Position numbers and translations under genes: made by a program
Source of the DNA: Raillietiella orientalis
Lineage: Eukaryota
Reading direction: 5' to 3'
Assembly (NCBI GenBank): GCA_036172245.1
Contig: JAYWIR010000020.1
Coordinates: 2,356,001 to 2,420,000 of the forward strand
DNA length: 64,000 nt
Shown: piece by piece, positions 13,838 through 25,217 of the stretch
How the letters are laid out: every line of letters begins with the position of its first letter
Position numbering within the stretch: the first letter of the stretch is position 1
Notes under the pieces: model-generated
Told to the model about the DNA's origin: nothing
Database searches by the model: none
Seen by the model: the letters and a program-made list of their open reading frames with translations, nothing else

Positions 13838-15180
13838 CACCTGGTCACACCGAGATGTTTATAAAAAAGAGACATACATCTGTAGGGCCATCGGCCTTAC
13901 ATCGTCCGAAATGCTCGGAACCTGCCGAGTAACCGGCACGCAGGCCGGCGAGGTCCTCCTCGGCAGAGGAGGGGGAGGGGAGAGCAAACAAAAATAAAAA
14001 TAAAATAAAATATATAAGTGTGGATAGGGAAGGGATCACCGGGTGCTCTAGGACGTCCTCTGCATCCTTTCCGGGACTCCGGCAAGTCCCATCAGAGTAT
14101 GCGCCAGGTGGGGGCGTCTGGCTGTCGTCCGCAGGAAGCGCAGAGTGAAACAGATGGCACCTCTATCGCGCCGTCCTCCTCTCGCGTAGCTCCAAGCCGC
14201 CACAATCACACGGAGGCATCAGCAAAGAGCTGCCGGAGATGCGGGAGCAGAAAGGGCGTCGCGCACGAAGAGGTCCTTCATCGCGTTCCTGGGATTGTAC
14301 GTCCATTGGTTCACCAAGGGCCGTTGGGTAACGCAACTACAGGGACGGAGGGCAACACAGTCTACAAGCAGGTGGAGGAGCTAGGATTCCCGCTTCAACG
14401 CATCTGCAGCAGTTGGAGTCCACTGTCCCCCGGGTCCAGTGAGGCCAGCGGGCGTTGCATGGGAGGCCCCCGTGCAACAGAAAAAGTACCGACTCCTGCC
14501 ACTTCAGGGGTAGGTCCAGGCTGTTCTTCAGCTCTGGGGTCACTCGAGGTCTTCCTGTGGGATTCCCAGCACCTTGCCCCAGCACAATAGTCCTTTCGGT
14601 GGGGCACTTGGGGTCGCAGCGTCCGTAAGCTGGTCCGTGATCCAACAACCTAACTTCTTCGTCTAAACACCTTTTTCGCAACTGACCTCCCATTTGACCG
14701 GTTGGTTACTGCCCACGTACTCCCTGAGGGAGGAGACTGCCGCGGCTAGGCAGGTTCTTTGCGCCCAAGCACACGTGGTGGGCTGCACGATGACGTCCTT
14801 CAGGGAGCGCCTGTTGTAGAAGGAGTGCAGCAGTCGCTGCCTCATCACCGGTCTCGCTTCCATGTTCTTGGCCCACGTGCGAACGGTTTCCTGCAACCAG
14901 GCACTACCGTTCGCGGGCTGGAAGAAGATCCAGTTGTTGGTCCTGATTAGCTTGGCCATTCTCTGGAGCTCCAGCCTGCAGCTGGACACGCTGCGTCTGC
15001 GCCACAGCTCCAGGAACGAAGACAGTCCCGCGTAGCCGGTGGCTTGCTTGACCAGGTATCGTGCGGGCCCTCACCAGTTCGTGCTCCAAGGCTTCGCCAC
15101 GATAGCAAGCATCTTCCACTGGAGCTGCCGCTCCAGGCGCTCCAGAGTCAGGAGGCGGAGACCTCCTTAGCGACGCGGAG
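13838..15180 (-). mobile_element. L1/Tx1-type non-LTR retrotransposon 3' fragment (post-RT region, zf-RVT, 3'UTR)
   Basis: Frameshifted PLKWQESVLFLLHGGLPC...CCRC...HLLVDCVAL zf-RVT pattern. Directly homologous to 16.2-17.3 kb (shared PANGSAWLQETVRTW and QLTDAATPSA). T-rich 3'UTR and shared terminal motif. Confidence 0.8.
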
Positions 15181-15239
15181 GGCACAAGTCCTTCAGGCGG
15201 ACTCGGGGCCCTCCCTGTGCCCCAGAGGGCGATTCTGAG

Positions 15240-16104
15240 GAAGTCCTCCTGGTACGTCCTCCTCGTATCACTTCCGTCCCCCTTTTACTGCTACTCGGAG
15301 AGGAGCAAACAAAAAGCAGGGGGAGGAAAAAAAATGGTTTGTGTGCAACCTGCTTGGCGTGCCGCCCGAAGAACTCGTGGTTTTTTCCCTTTGCGTGGAC
15401 ATCTCCGTGTTCACACCACGCTGTAAGCAGGATATCCTGCTGTTTCTGTGCTGGGGATTCCAGTGCAACCAGCGCAGGCACTTGGTTTCCGGAAGAATTG
15501 CTACTCCGAGTTGTCTGAGGTGCGGGGCGATGGATAGCTGCCGCACCTTTTGTTGGAGTGCAGTGCCCTCGTGGATATTGTGGAGGCGACTCGCTCTGGT
15601 GCTCCGACAACCGCAGGACACTGCCAAGGACTTTCTGCGACAATTCTTCACAGAAAGCGAACTGAAGAAGGGTGCTGTGATTGCAACAATCGGTTGCATC
15701 CCGCCATGGTGACAGTTCGCCATGTGTTCTACTCAATTTGGCGGCGAAGAGAGGCCACCAGCATGGCAGCAGCACTCATGAGGACAGCAGAAAGGTGGTC
15801 TCACCTGCCAGAAGTCTCAATGGAGGTTTTTACCATCCAGGGTCGCTTCTAGAGAGGAATGAAGGAACGTCTTAAGCCAAAGATCCCTGTCTCCACCTTT
15901 CCCTCTTTTTAATTTATTTATTGTCCCCTCCCTCCGTTCCCTACTTTTCGGGAGCCGGCCCACGTGCCGGTGGTCATCCTTGATGAACTTTTTTTTTTTT
16001 TTACTTTTCTTGTTTTTTGAGGGGATACCCTTCTTCCCCTCAAACTTGAGGTTTGTTTGTTTGTTTGTTTGCAAAATAAATGTTCCACTGTGCCCGGGTT
16101 AAAA
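15240..16104 (+). mobile_element. L1/Tx1-type 3' fragment, divergent subfamily (zf-RVT plus 3'UTR)
   Basis: KQDILLFLCWGFQCN...PSCLRCGAMDS then, after a frameshift, HLLLECSAL. T-rich UTR with hairpin CCGGC-ccacgt-GCCGG (15955-15970). AATAAA at 16075 followed by ccgggttaaaa. Confidence 0.7.
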
Positions 16105-16164
16105 CCTCCATGGCAACAGGACAGTTCTATCCGCTGCAGTTCTATTCTAGGGAGCGGTGCTGGT

Positions 16165-17275
16165 TGACACCCGGTCACGCAGAGGAGATTATTTATAAAA
16201 CAGACCTATATGTCTGTGACATGACGTCTGACCCTGCCACGTTACTTATGAATACGAAAAGGAACCTGCTGGGATCTGGCACTCAGGCCAGCAGGGTGAG
16301 CCACGGCAGCACGAGGGAAGGGAAGACAAACAAAAAGAGAAAAACAAAACAAAAAACTGCAGTGAAAAAAGATGATGGGAGGGGGGTTCGGGAAGGGATT
16401 ACTGTGGGTTGGAGGGCGTCCCCTGCATCCTTGTAAGGATGCCGGCAAGTTCCTATTTTATGGTTCCCAGATGGGGCCATCTTGACGCTGTCCTCATGAA
16501 GAGGACAGCAAAATGGATGGGTCCCTGTCGTTCTGGCCTCCTCTGGCGTTGTTCCATGCGGCCACGATCCCGCGTAGGCAACACAGTGCTGCTAGGGATG
16601 CAGTCGGCGAGAGAGCGTCGCACACGAAGAGGTGCTTTACAACGTCTCTGGCGTTGCCGCCAGGAGTTCCAAGGATCGTGGCCAAGCGTCCCCAAAGGGA
16701 CGAGAGGGCAACACAGTCTACCAGGAGGTGCAGGAAGAATTCCCACCACCAGCATCTTTCACAGCTTGGGTTAATACATCCCCCGTATCCACAGATGCCG
16801 GGAGGGAATGGCAGGGGAGGTCCCAATGCACCAGCATCAATGCCGACTCCTGCCACTTTAAAGGGAGAGTGCGAGTGTTCATGAGCACCAGGGGCCACTG
16901 CAGGTCTTCCTTCGGAATATTCAGTAGCATACCCAAGCGCAAAAGTCCACGAGACCGAGCACTCGGGGTCGCAGCGTCAGTGAGCTGGCCCATCGTCCAC
17001 TCGCCCAGTCCTCTTCTCCATCCGGAGATTTCCACCGTAACTCCCAGCTGGCCGTAAGGTTGCTGCCCATATGCTCCCGAAGGGGGCAGCGCAGCGGCGA
17101 GGGAGGTTCCGTTTGTCCATGCACTCTTCGCGAGATCTTCCAGGATCTCCCGGAGTGCGCAGTTGTTGTTGCGCGCGAACAGGAAACGTCGTCCCTATTC
17201 CGCGCTATTTCCGCGCTGGATCCTCGCCCAGGTGCGCACGGTTTCCTGCAGCCAGGCACTACCGTTCGCGGGGCG
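16165..17275 (-). mobile_element. L1/Tx1-type 3' fragment (zf-RVT plus 3'UTR)
   Basis: PLKWQESALMLVHWDLPC...CERC...FLHLLVDCVALSSLW...RTASRWPHL; homologous to the 14 kb, 22 kb and 30 kb copies. Confidence 0.8.
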
Positions 17276-18000
17276 GCACTGGTGGAAGCCGGAAACCCTC
17301 GGATGCCTCCTCTGAATGATCGGGATTGGAAGTTGACCGTCCGACGTCCTTCCAAGAATCAAGAACCCATTCAGGGTTCCCTCCGGATGTACAAATGGAC
17401 CCTTCATCTGGTACCATGAAGCTGGTGGTTTGAATTCTCTTCAGAGTAGAAGAAGCGCCCTTCAGAGAAATTTGGAAGCTCCCTTTTGGGTTTTCTTCAG
17501 GGAACCTCTTTTTCCCTTCGGGGCTCCCTAGCCTGCGTAGGAAGAACAAACCTCCTTCCTCTGGAGTCTTCCTGGATGCAGAGGGTGATCCCTCCGGAGA
17601 GAATAAGGAAGAGATCCCCTTCTGGGTTAACTACCAAGTTCAAGAGGAACGGATTGTTTCCTGTGAATTCTTCCTGGATTCATAGGGTAGGTTCTCCGAG
17701 ATTGCCCCCTGAACTTGAAGAGCTACACGCACCCTCGGGTGGCGCGGACGTTGTTAAAGAGCTTTGCGAGACTGTTAAGGAGGCGAAGGGTTCTAGCGAA
17801 GCAAACAAAAAAAAAATCTGGAAGGAAAGCAGTGAAAGCAGAAGAACCCATGAGGAGTTCCATCGTACTGACTGACTCCCTGGTAACAACAGTTCCTAAA
17901 CTATGAAGGAGGCTTTGGTGGTTGATTTCTTCTTCCCTGCCGAAGCATCTCTGGGTGGGTGATATAGTGTGAACGTTTTGGTCACGGCTGGTCAAAACCG
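17276..18000 (+). mobile_element. L1/Tx1-type endonuclease C-terminal half and EN-RT linker, inverted relative to the adjoining 3' fragment
   Basis: Nucleotide homology to 29.1-29.6 kb (+) and 19.75-20.2 kb (-). Shared RGTD.FL and NLKS(H/Y)THP blocks; substitutions against the 20 kb copy are biased to third codon positions in this + frame. Confidence 0.65.
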
Positions 18001-19379
18001 TCTGAAAGAATTGCCACTCGTGGTCCTCGAGTTAATTTTCCTCATGAAAGCGTCTATTTAGGATGTCCATCTTGGATGTTTATCTCTTCCCCGCCGCTGC
18101 GTTCTGTTTCACTGTTGCGGCCACATCTTCCACTTCCGCGATAGTCTTTTCGAGCAAGTTTCCATCCAGCTTTTTCGGATCTGAATCAACGAATCTTGTT
18201 CCACTTTCTTGTTTCTTTCTTTTTCGATTTTTCGACCTCTCAGTTTCCTTCTTCGATGCTTGCGCCTCTGGTCGGTTTACTTTACCGACCAGAGGCGGTC
18301 GGTTACGAGGGCCGATTCTCCTCCGCACCCGATCTTTTGGAACGAAACACGCACCTTCACCTGGGACGAAATTTCGCGCAGCAGCGGGCAGATCGTTGAG
18401 CAGTGCAGCGAGCAGCTTTTTCTGCCGAGCGTTTCCACCTGACGTCGGGTTGTTGACTTTCCTCTGCAGATGCACCCCGGTAGGATTCCGATTCGTTTTC
18501 TGTCTCCGCTGAGTCTTGTCGAGCCGTCACTTTTTTTCCCTCTTCTTTCGATTCATCTGCTCATCCCTCCACCGGCCCGCCGCTTCTTTATAAACGGTTT
18601 CTGAAGTCACTGAACGGTTTCACTGCCACTGACGTCTCCAATAAGCAGTGCGGCGTGCCACTGAAATCGCGCTTTGCAGCCTTTCACTTCCGACGGGCTT
18701 GGAGGAGAAGAAAAGATGGCAGCTGCGACATCGTACCCCCGCTTGCAGACTGCCGCTCTTCATAGATGGATTGAAAAATGCAGTTCTTTTTAAAACTGTG
18801 ATGCACTGGACCAGCAGACCTGGCACAGTGCCACAGAAGATGCTTTTACTTACCTGGCTTCGAGGTGTGCGATTGTGATCAAGACGGAAGATGCTTTTCA
18901 ATCCTAATTCTAAACGAGAAGAGGAAATTAAATAATAATATGTAAATGAAAAGCTCTGGGAACTGGGAAAGCATTCCTGTCCTCCGCATTCGGTCTATGC
19001 GCTTCAGTTTTCTTGTTTTCTTGCTAACGTGCCTTCTGATTTCGTTTCGAGATCCAAAGGAAGACGCAGTACCCACATTCTTAGGCAAAAATTTTAAAAA
19101 AAGGAAAAGGCAACATAAGAGATGCCTTTCTAAGCTGCAACCCGCTCGACCACCACCTTCAGTTTTAGAAGACACCAAATTAGGGATGCGCAGCTGTTGC
19201 TCCGTCCCATGACTCCGTAATCCGAGAAAGGATGTGCCGAGCGGCACTTTTCACACGGTTGTTGATAGTAAAAAAACAGCAAATAGGGAGAAAATCATTT
19301 TCGAGGAGGGGGAGGGGGCGACTGTCGAAAACATTTCTGCATCTCTTCCAGGACCACAAGTGCTCCCATCCCGCATGAA

Positions 19380-20445
19380 TTCTGAACAAACACAGAACTC
19401 AACTTTCGGGGCTTCCCGTTTGCATGCTTTCCGGGCAGGACTCAAGAACGTGAATTCGACCTAAGCGACATGGATGGGGTTGGGCTGTTGGCAGTTCGTT
19501 TTTCGAGTGCAGTCCGCGAGGTATCGCATCTTCCAGCATCCGGGAAATTCATCCGAGACGGAGATCTACCTCTGATTCCAAGAACGATTGCAGGACTCGT
19601 CGCAGCTCTACAGGTGCTTTCCGGACATCCACCATTCCCACGCACTCCTTACTCCTCACTCTGAGCCCGTGGCGACTTCCCGGTTGCCGCTGCCCACCAG
19701 TTCTGGAGGTGAGCACCGCGCCCCGTAGAGGCATGGAATCCACGAGCATGGCCCACGCTGACGATGAAAGTCTTTTTCGGGTTCATCTCCAAATCCTTTT
19801 CTTTGTTGCTTCTCTTCCAGCTTTTTTTCTTCCTTTTTTCGGTTCGCCAAGTGCTAAAGAACCGTTCGCCTCCTTAGGGTAGACTCATAATGAAGTTCTG
19901 TCCACGCTGTCCGAGGGTGCGTGTGACTCTTCAAGTTAGGAGACGACCGACCCCATGGACCCAGGAAGGCTTCGGAGGAAGGAATCCGTTCCTCTCACGG
20001 CTGCTAGGAAACTCCGAAGGGAACACGTCCACTCTGGTTGTCTCCGGAGGGACGCTTCCTGATTTCTCCACCGGCTCCATGGTACTGGATGGAGGATCTC
20101 TATCCCCGAGGGGGAAGGGAGAGTGGAAGGTTTCACAATCGGAGAGAAACTTCTTGATTCCTCAAAGGACCCGGAGGTCAACTTCCCAAATCGGTCTATC
20201 AGCGGGGTGCGTCCGGGAGCTTCCATTTCTCTGCGCCGTTTTTTTCCCCAGGTAGGATTCGAACCCGCCACGTTGGGTGTTCTCATACGCGGATGCCGTC
20301 GCCATGCGGCCGCGCCAAAGCGGTCCTGGAAAATTGCCGTTTGCGATTCCCCCCCCAACATACTCCGCTCGATCCACGGACGGGTGCCCACAAATTGCGC
20401 ACCTCCATAAATGACGAACCACAGCTCTCGACGGAACTCCAACAC
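19380..20445 (-). mobile_element. L1/Tx1-type endonuclease and linker fragment ending near the RT start
   Basis: RGTDSFLRSLPG, NLKSHTHPRTAW, LANRKKEEKKLEE and LRGAVLTSR (GA.xRSR-like linker motif); homologous to the 17.5 kb and 29.3 kb segments. Confidence 0.65.
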
Positions 20446-20630
20446 TAGCTTCGCACTTTAAAGTGCGCTCAGGTGTTCCATTTTGCGCTTCAGTGATCCG
20501 TGCGTAATGGGCGCGAATTTGTGCTTCCTTTACGGCGAATCCTCCTTCCTTTCACAGAAAGTGGCCTCATCCCGAGGAAAATCCACGAAGAGCGGCATCG
20601 GATTAATTTCCGGAAGGAAAAAGGAAAACA

Positions 20631-20654
20631 AATAATAATAATAATAATAATAAT
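20631..20654. repeat. (AAT)n microsatellite
   Basis: Direct reading of the sequence. Confidence 0.9.
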
Positions 20655-21362
20655 GCTGCTGCTGTTTTCAAATGATGGGATTTTTCTGGACTGTATGACG
20701 ACTGTTTTGCTTTCTTGATTCACCGACTGTTCAGCAACCAGAGGGCACGGTCCACTGCCAGCAGCGATTGGAGCTGGAGAGATTTGCTCGTTTCTTCCGC
20801 ATTCGCTGCGCTCGTCACTTTAAAGGCAGTCGCGCTGAGATGCTGTGTTTACGCGTTTGTCGAATTGCCAAAGAGCGCAGTTCCGACTTTTCACCTCTTT
20901 TGCTGTCTCAGTTTGCCTTTGGAGCTCTCGTTTTCCTGATTTCTTCTTTGCAGCTCGCACGGCATTCCACCTAAGGATTCATTTACGGCCATCCAAATCA
21001 ACTGCATAACGGATGGAAACGGATTCTCGTCTCCGAGTGGGGCTGCAACCGTTACCGTGGAAACCAGAAGCGAAAATCAACCAGCATCGAATCATTTTAG
21101 CACTACGTGATCCCATCGGCGTCTGACGGAGGAGGTTCACTTTTGAATTAGTGCGCTGTACAATCCCACGAGCACCCTTCATGATTCTGCTGCGAATACC
21201 AAGGCATGTGCCTCCCGATGGCTTCAAGTTCTTGGCACGCAGGATTCCGGGACCGCCGCCCTTCACTTCTTGCGCACCGACCTGTGAACAGAACACTCCC
21301 TGCGAGAACACTCTCTGCGAAAAAAAACAAAATGGCGTCGTGATGACATGCGAATCGCTAAC

Positions 21363-22750
21363 TTTTATTTTCACGCGGTCGCTCAGGGGCGTTTATTGTA
21401 AAAAAAAAAAAAAAATATTCACGAAAAAAAACAGTCATGTAAAATATATATAAAAAAAATGTCTTCCTTCGCAGTGGTTTCACACGACCACTACCGAGGG
21501 AGATGCCGCCTCGGAAGCTCTCTTTCTCGTGAGCAGCTGCTTCGATGAGGTCCACACAGGAAAGGTGGGAAGAGGGGTGAACAAAAAAGAAAAAAAAGAC
21601 ACAAAAGTTCAGTTTAAAAGAATGTGTTGGGGAGGGGAGGAAAGGGATCACGGATTTCTTCCTGGCGTCCTCAGCACCCTCTGGAGGATGTTGGCAACTT
21701 CCTCCTCCACTTTTGTTGGCAGCGTTGTGGCCATCTTGCCGCCTCCCTGACGAAGGAGCAGGCGGTTGCGATGACGTCACCGTTCACCTCTTTCGGCGCG
21801 GCTGCTCGCCTCCACGATGCTACGCAGGCAGCACGGGACTGCGAGGGAGGAAGCTGCAGGCGAAGAGGTCGCGTCGCCCGCGAAGAGGCGTTGCATGACC
21901 TCCCTGCCGTTGTCCATCGTGAGTGGGGAGGATCGCAGCGAAGCGTTCCAGGACGCTCAGGAGGGCAACACGATCCAACAGCAGATGCGGGAAAGTTTCC
22001 CGTTCCCCACACCCGGCACGGTGCGTGGCCGCACTCCCCTCGTCTACTGGTGGACCGGCCTGGGATCGCCCAGCGCAACAACTGCAGTGCGGCGTCCCGG
22101 AATTCAGGGGAAGCGTGGAGCTGTCCACAAACACTGGGGGTGTTTCTGCCTGGAGGAATGTCCAGAAGTTCCTCTCAGCGACGAATTCCTTTGGGGAGGG
22201 AGGCGGGGGTGCATGCGTCAGTCGGAAATGCTGTCCAGCATCCCAGCTGCTTCTTCTTTCCCGTGATCTCTCAGGATACTTCCCATCCTGCATCGTCATG
22301 TCCATTTTGTTGTATCGTGTTGAGCGCGGCTGCAAGTGGGGTATTCGGCGCACAGGTGGTCTCCTTTCGGCAGTCCATGACTTCCTGCAACGGTCAGCGA
22401 GCGCAGTTCGAGGATCGCAGGCATCGCGATGGCTCCAGGCTCGTGCCGTTTCTTTCCGCCCACGCCCGACCCGTTTTCTGTCTCCAGGTGGCACAGTTGG
22501 TGTGACGACAAGGAAACTCATCTGTTTTCCTGGGCCAAGGCAACCATTTGTCGGAGTTGGTGCTGTCGGTGGCCATGCACGAGGAACGTAACGAGTCCCT
22601 CGGCGTCGGCTACTCGCTTGTCCAGAAGTCTCGCTAGGACTTCCCAGTGGGTGGTCCACAACTTCGCCGCTAGGGCTAATCTTCTACACTGGAGCTGACG
22701 CTCCATTTCCTCCAGAGTCGGGCTCAGCGTCTCGACGCGGCGCGCGCAAG
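21363..22750 (-). mobile_element. L1/Tx1-type 3' fragment (post-RT region, zf-RVT, 3'UTR)
   Basis: CGERETFPHLLLD zf-RVT motif. T-rich UTR. Terminal aataaacgcccctgagcgaccgcgtgaaaataaaa on the minus strand. Confidence 0.75.
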
Positions 22751-25187
22751 TGTTTCAAGAGGACCTGGGACTTCGGTGACTTTTATAAGCAGCATCTTCG
22801 AGGAAGTTCCGGACTCGGGTACCATGAAACCTCGGGCTTTCTATTCAATGCCACGTCGAATCAGCAAGCTGACACTTGGCCAAGGTATTAGTAATAAGAA
22901 AAGTGACGTTCGAGATTTAAATTATCGAGTAATTAAAGTTAAAATTTCTCAGAAAAAAGAAAGGGAGGGGATTTTCATATCCTTAGCATAAAGCGGATAG
23001 TGTTTTCTGGAGCTGGATTGGTTGCATCGCCGACTCAAATTGCTCTTGAAATCGGATCAAATTTAGAGACAATGTGCACGCTTTGTGTACATTCGAATTT
23101 TGAACCATCAGACGCCACGGGGCGGGCGACCTCCTCTTTTCCTTGCGTGGCGCCGCCGCAGGGCGTAGCAATCGCCGGCTTCCGCTCCGGCGAGTGGCTA
23201 CCCTGATCGGGGGGAACACCGCAGTTCCTTGAGGAGAGATGCGCAAGGGTCGTCAAACATTTTTCTTCCAGACCCAGAGTGTGTTCCGAAGGCGAAGAGA
23301 AGCTCGGGAGGAGGACGCTCCTGTTCAGCGACGCCTTCCCCGTTTTTTTTTTTTTTCTTCATCGGTGCCATTCTTTGGGAAGTTTCGATTGTAAGAGATT
23401 ATGGATATCTTCGTGGAAGCCGTTCTGGACTTTGGCTTTTGGAATGAGGAATCGAAGGCTTCCGATGCTGCTCTCACGGTCGAGGTCGTAAGCATGGCTC
23501 GAGGACATAATAATTTCCCATTTCCGCTACAGCAGACGTGCTGGTCGGGAAGGTTCACTAGGAATCGCACTCTTTCAAAACATTTGATGTGTTCCTCGTC
23601 GTAGAATGCAATACTTTACAGGAAGAGAAGCATTCTCGGCTCTGCATTCTCCCTGGCAATGCGTGCAATCAAGAGATTTTCCTTGCCTCGGAATTTTCTG
23701 AGATTCCGAAGCACTCTTTGCAAGGGGGCAACGCCCTCTTCTGCCCAAAGTGCGACAGGCGCGGGTGACTCTTCCTCTGGAGTCCTCTTATGGGGCTCCT
23801 GAAACGTTTTCTTCCTCTCGAGACCTTTTCTTCATGCAGATGAGCTCTCGTCTTGAGATTTGTACGCTGCTCTCTTATTTAATGTACTCGTGTTGGGCTG
23901 CATCCCCACAGCTGCGCATGATGCCCAGAGTGATTCTCCTCGACTGGTGGTCGCCTCCGGACTCGAAAGAAGCGGCAAGCTCCGGTCGCCGCCCATTCCG
24001 TCTAAGCCGTCGATGTTTCACCCTACGACAGCGGTGGGTCTTCACCGTGGAGGAGCAGGCTTTCGAAACTTCCTGGTCGGGAGAGCGGGGAGGAGGGGCT
24101 GTGCCAGTTTTCGATGCCTACCACGAGTCTAACGTTTCGTTCGTGGCAACCCCATGCCAACTCAGGCTCGAGACGCTTTCTGCGGGAAGCAGGCGGTACG
24201 TGCGGTATGGGTAAAAGCAGAATATCTGATCACCGTCAAGGATATTAGGATGTGATTGCGTATGTGTCTTTTACTGCTAGCTGACTCTCATCCAGGATGA
24301 ACAAATCAAAAGGATATTCGTTCCTTTTCGAGTCTCAGGATTCAAATGTATATTAAACACTTGATGCCTTCAGGAACCTGGAAGGGAAAATGAAGCGGCC
24401 TTAATAAACATTTCGATGCATCCAAGAGATATGTCTGGTACATTGCTTAGTGGTGCTCCATGATGATGAAGAACTATCAGGGCCGAGTCTGTGAAAATTA
24501 TGAAAGCAGCAAAACCCCACGTTAAGAGGAAAAGAAATAGAGTTTTCCATTGACCAGAGGACTGGTCACCTCATTTCAGCGTAGACCAATGCACAGCGTT
24601 TCCTGGGCTTGGATTGGATTTCAAGATCCGAGGAGGTCGTGCTTGTTTGTTAGACAATCGAATTGAGCACAGATTTTTCGCAATGATCATCTGGAGCACA
24701 AGACATCAGGAAGAAATCACTTGCTGGAACGCACGCACGCTTTCAGAAGAGCAATCCTTGCACATCAGCACACCTCTGTTTGGCCTCGAAAGGATCGGGA
24801 AGGTGACAAATGCTTCAAACAACCCAAAGCTATGTTTCGGGACGTCTAGATGTTTAGCTGCTTGTGCATGTTCGCGTTCCAAATTCAGGCAGCGGTTGCC
24901 GCTCCAGTTACCTGAAAAACCTGGAAAGATTTTCATCTTGAGCATCTTTCATCCATGAGCTTTTGTGACGAAAGGAGCAATGCTTCTGTTTTGAAATCTT
25001 CTGCTTGCATCAGAATGATGCATTTTTTTCGCACCGACCCAAGAGACTGAAAGTGCACGGAAACTCAGTGAACTTAGACGAATCTCGGTAGCAATGTTTC
25101 AAGAGGAGCAATCTGCATCTGATGAGTTCTTGAATATGCAAACCATCAGCCAGTTTGTTGGGAAATCCTAGATACTCTTTCCTTTCT

Positions 25188-25217
25188 TTCTTCTTCTTCT
25201 TCTTCTTCTTCTTCTTC
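25188..25217. repeat. (TTC)n microsatellite
   Basis: Direct reading of the sequence. Confidence 0.9.

Noticed and set aside
13933..13948. Iron-responsive element interpretation of the 5-bp stem plus CNNNGN loop
   Set aside because: The loop is CUGCGU, CUGAGU or CCACGU rather than CAGUGH, and there is no consistent bulged C; only the topology is similar
17480..17700. Minus-strand NPFL...EG.LFLILSGG motif shared by three loci as a novel protein family
   Set aside because: It is the antisense shadow of the endonuclease/linker region; the substitution pattern favours the opposite strand
20245..20320. tRNA/SINE-like GGGTTCGAATCC on the minus strand
   Set aside because: No cloverleaf or acceptor stem. 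A similar sequence (gcgggctcgaatcc) occurs at 28985 inside the homologous endonuclease region, so it is most simply coding remnant.
21624..22659. Long overlapping ORFs (293, 279 and 222 aa) as real genes
   Set aside because: GC-rich stop-poor shadow frames over a frameshifted retroelement; motifs hop between frames
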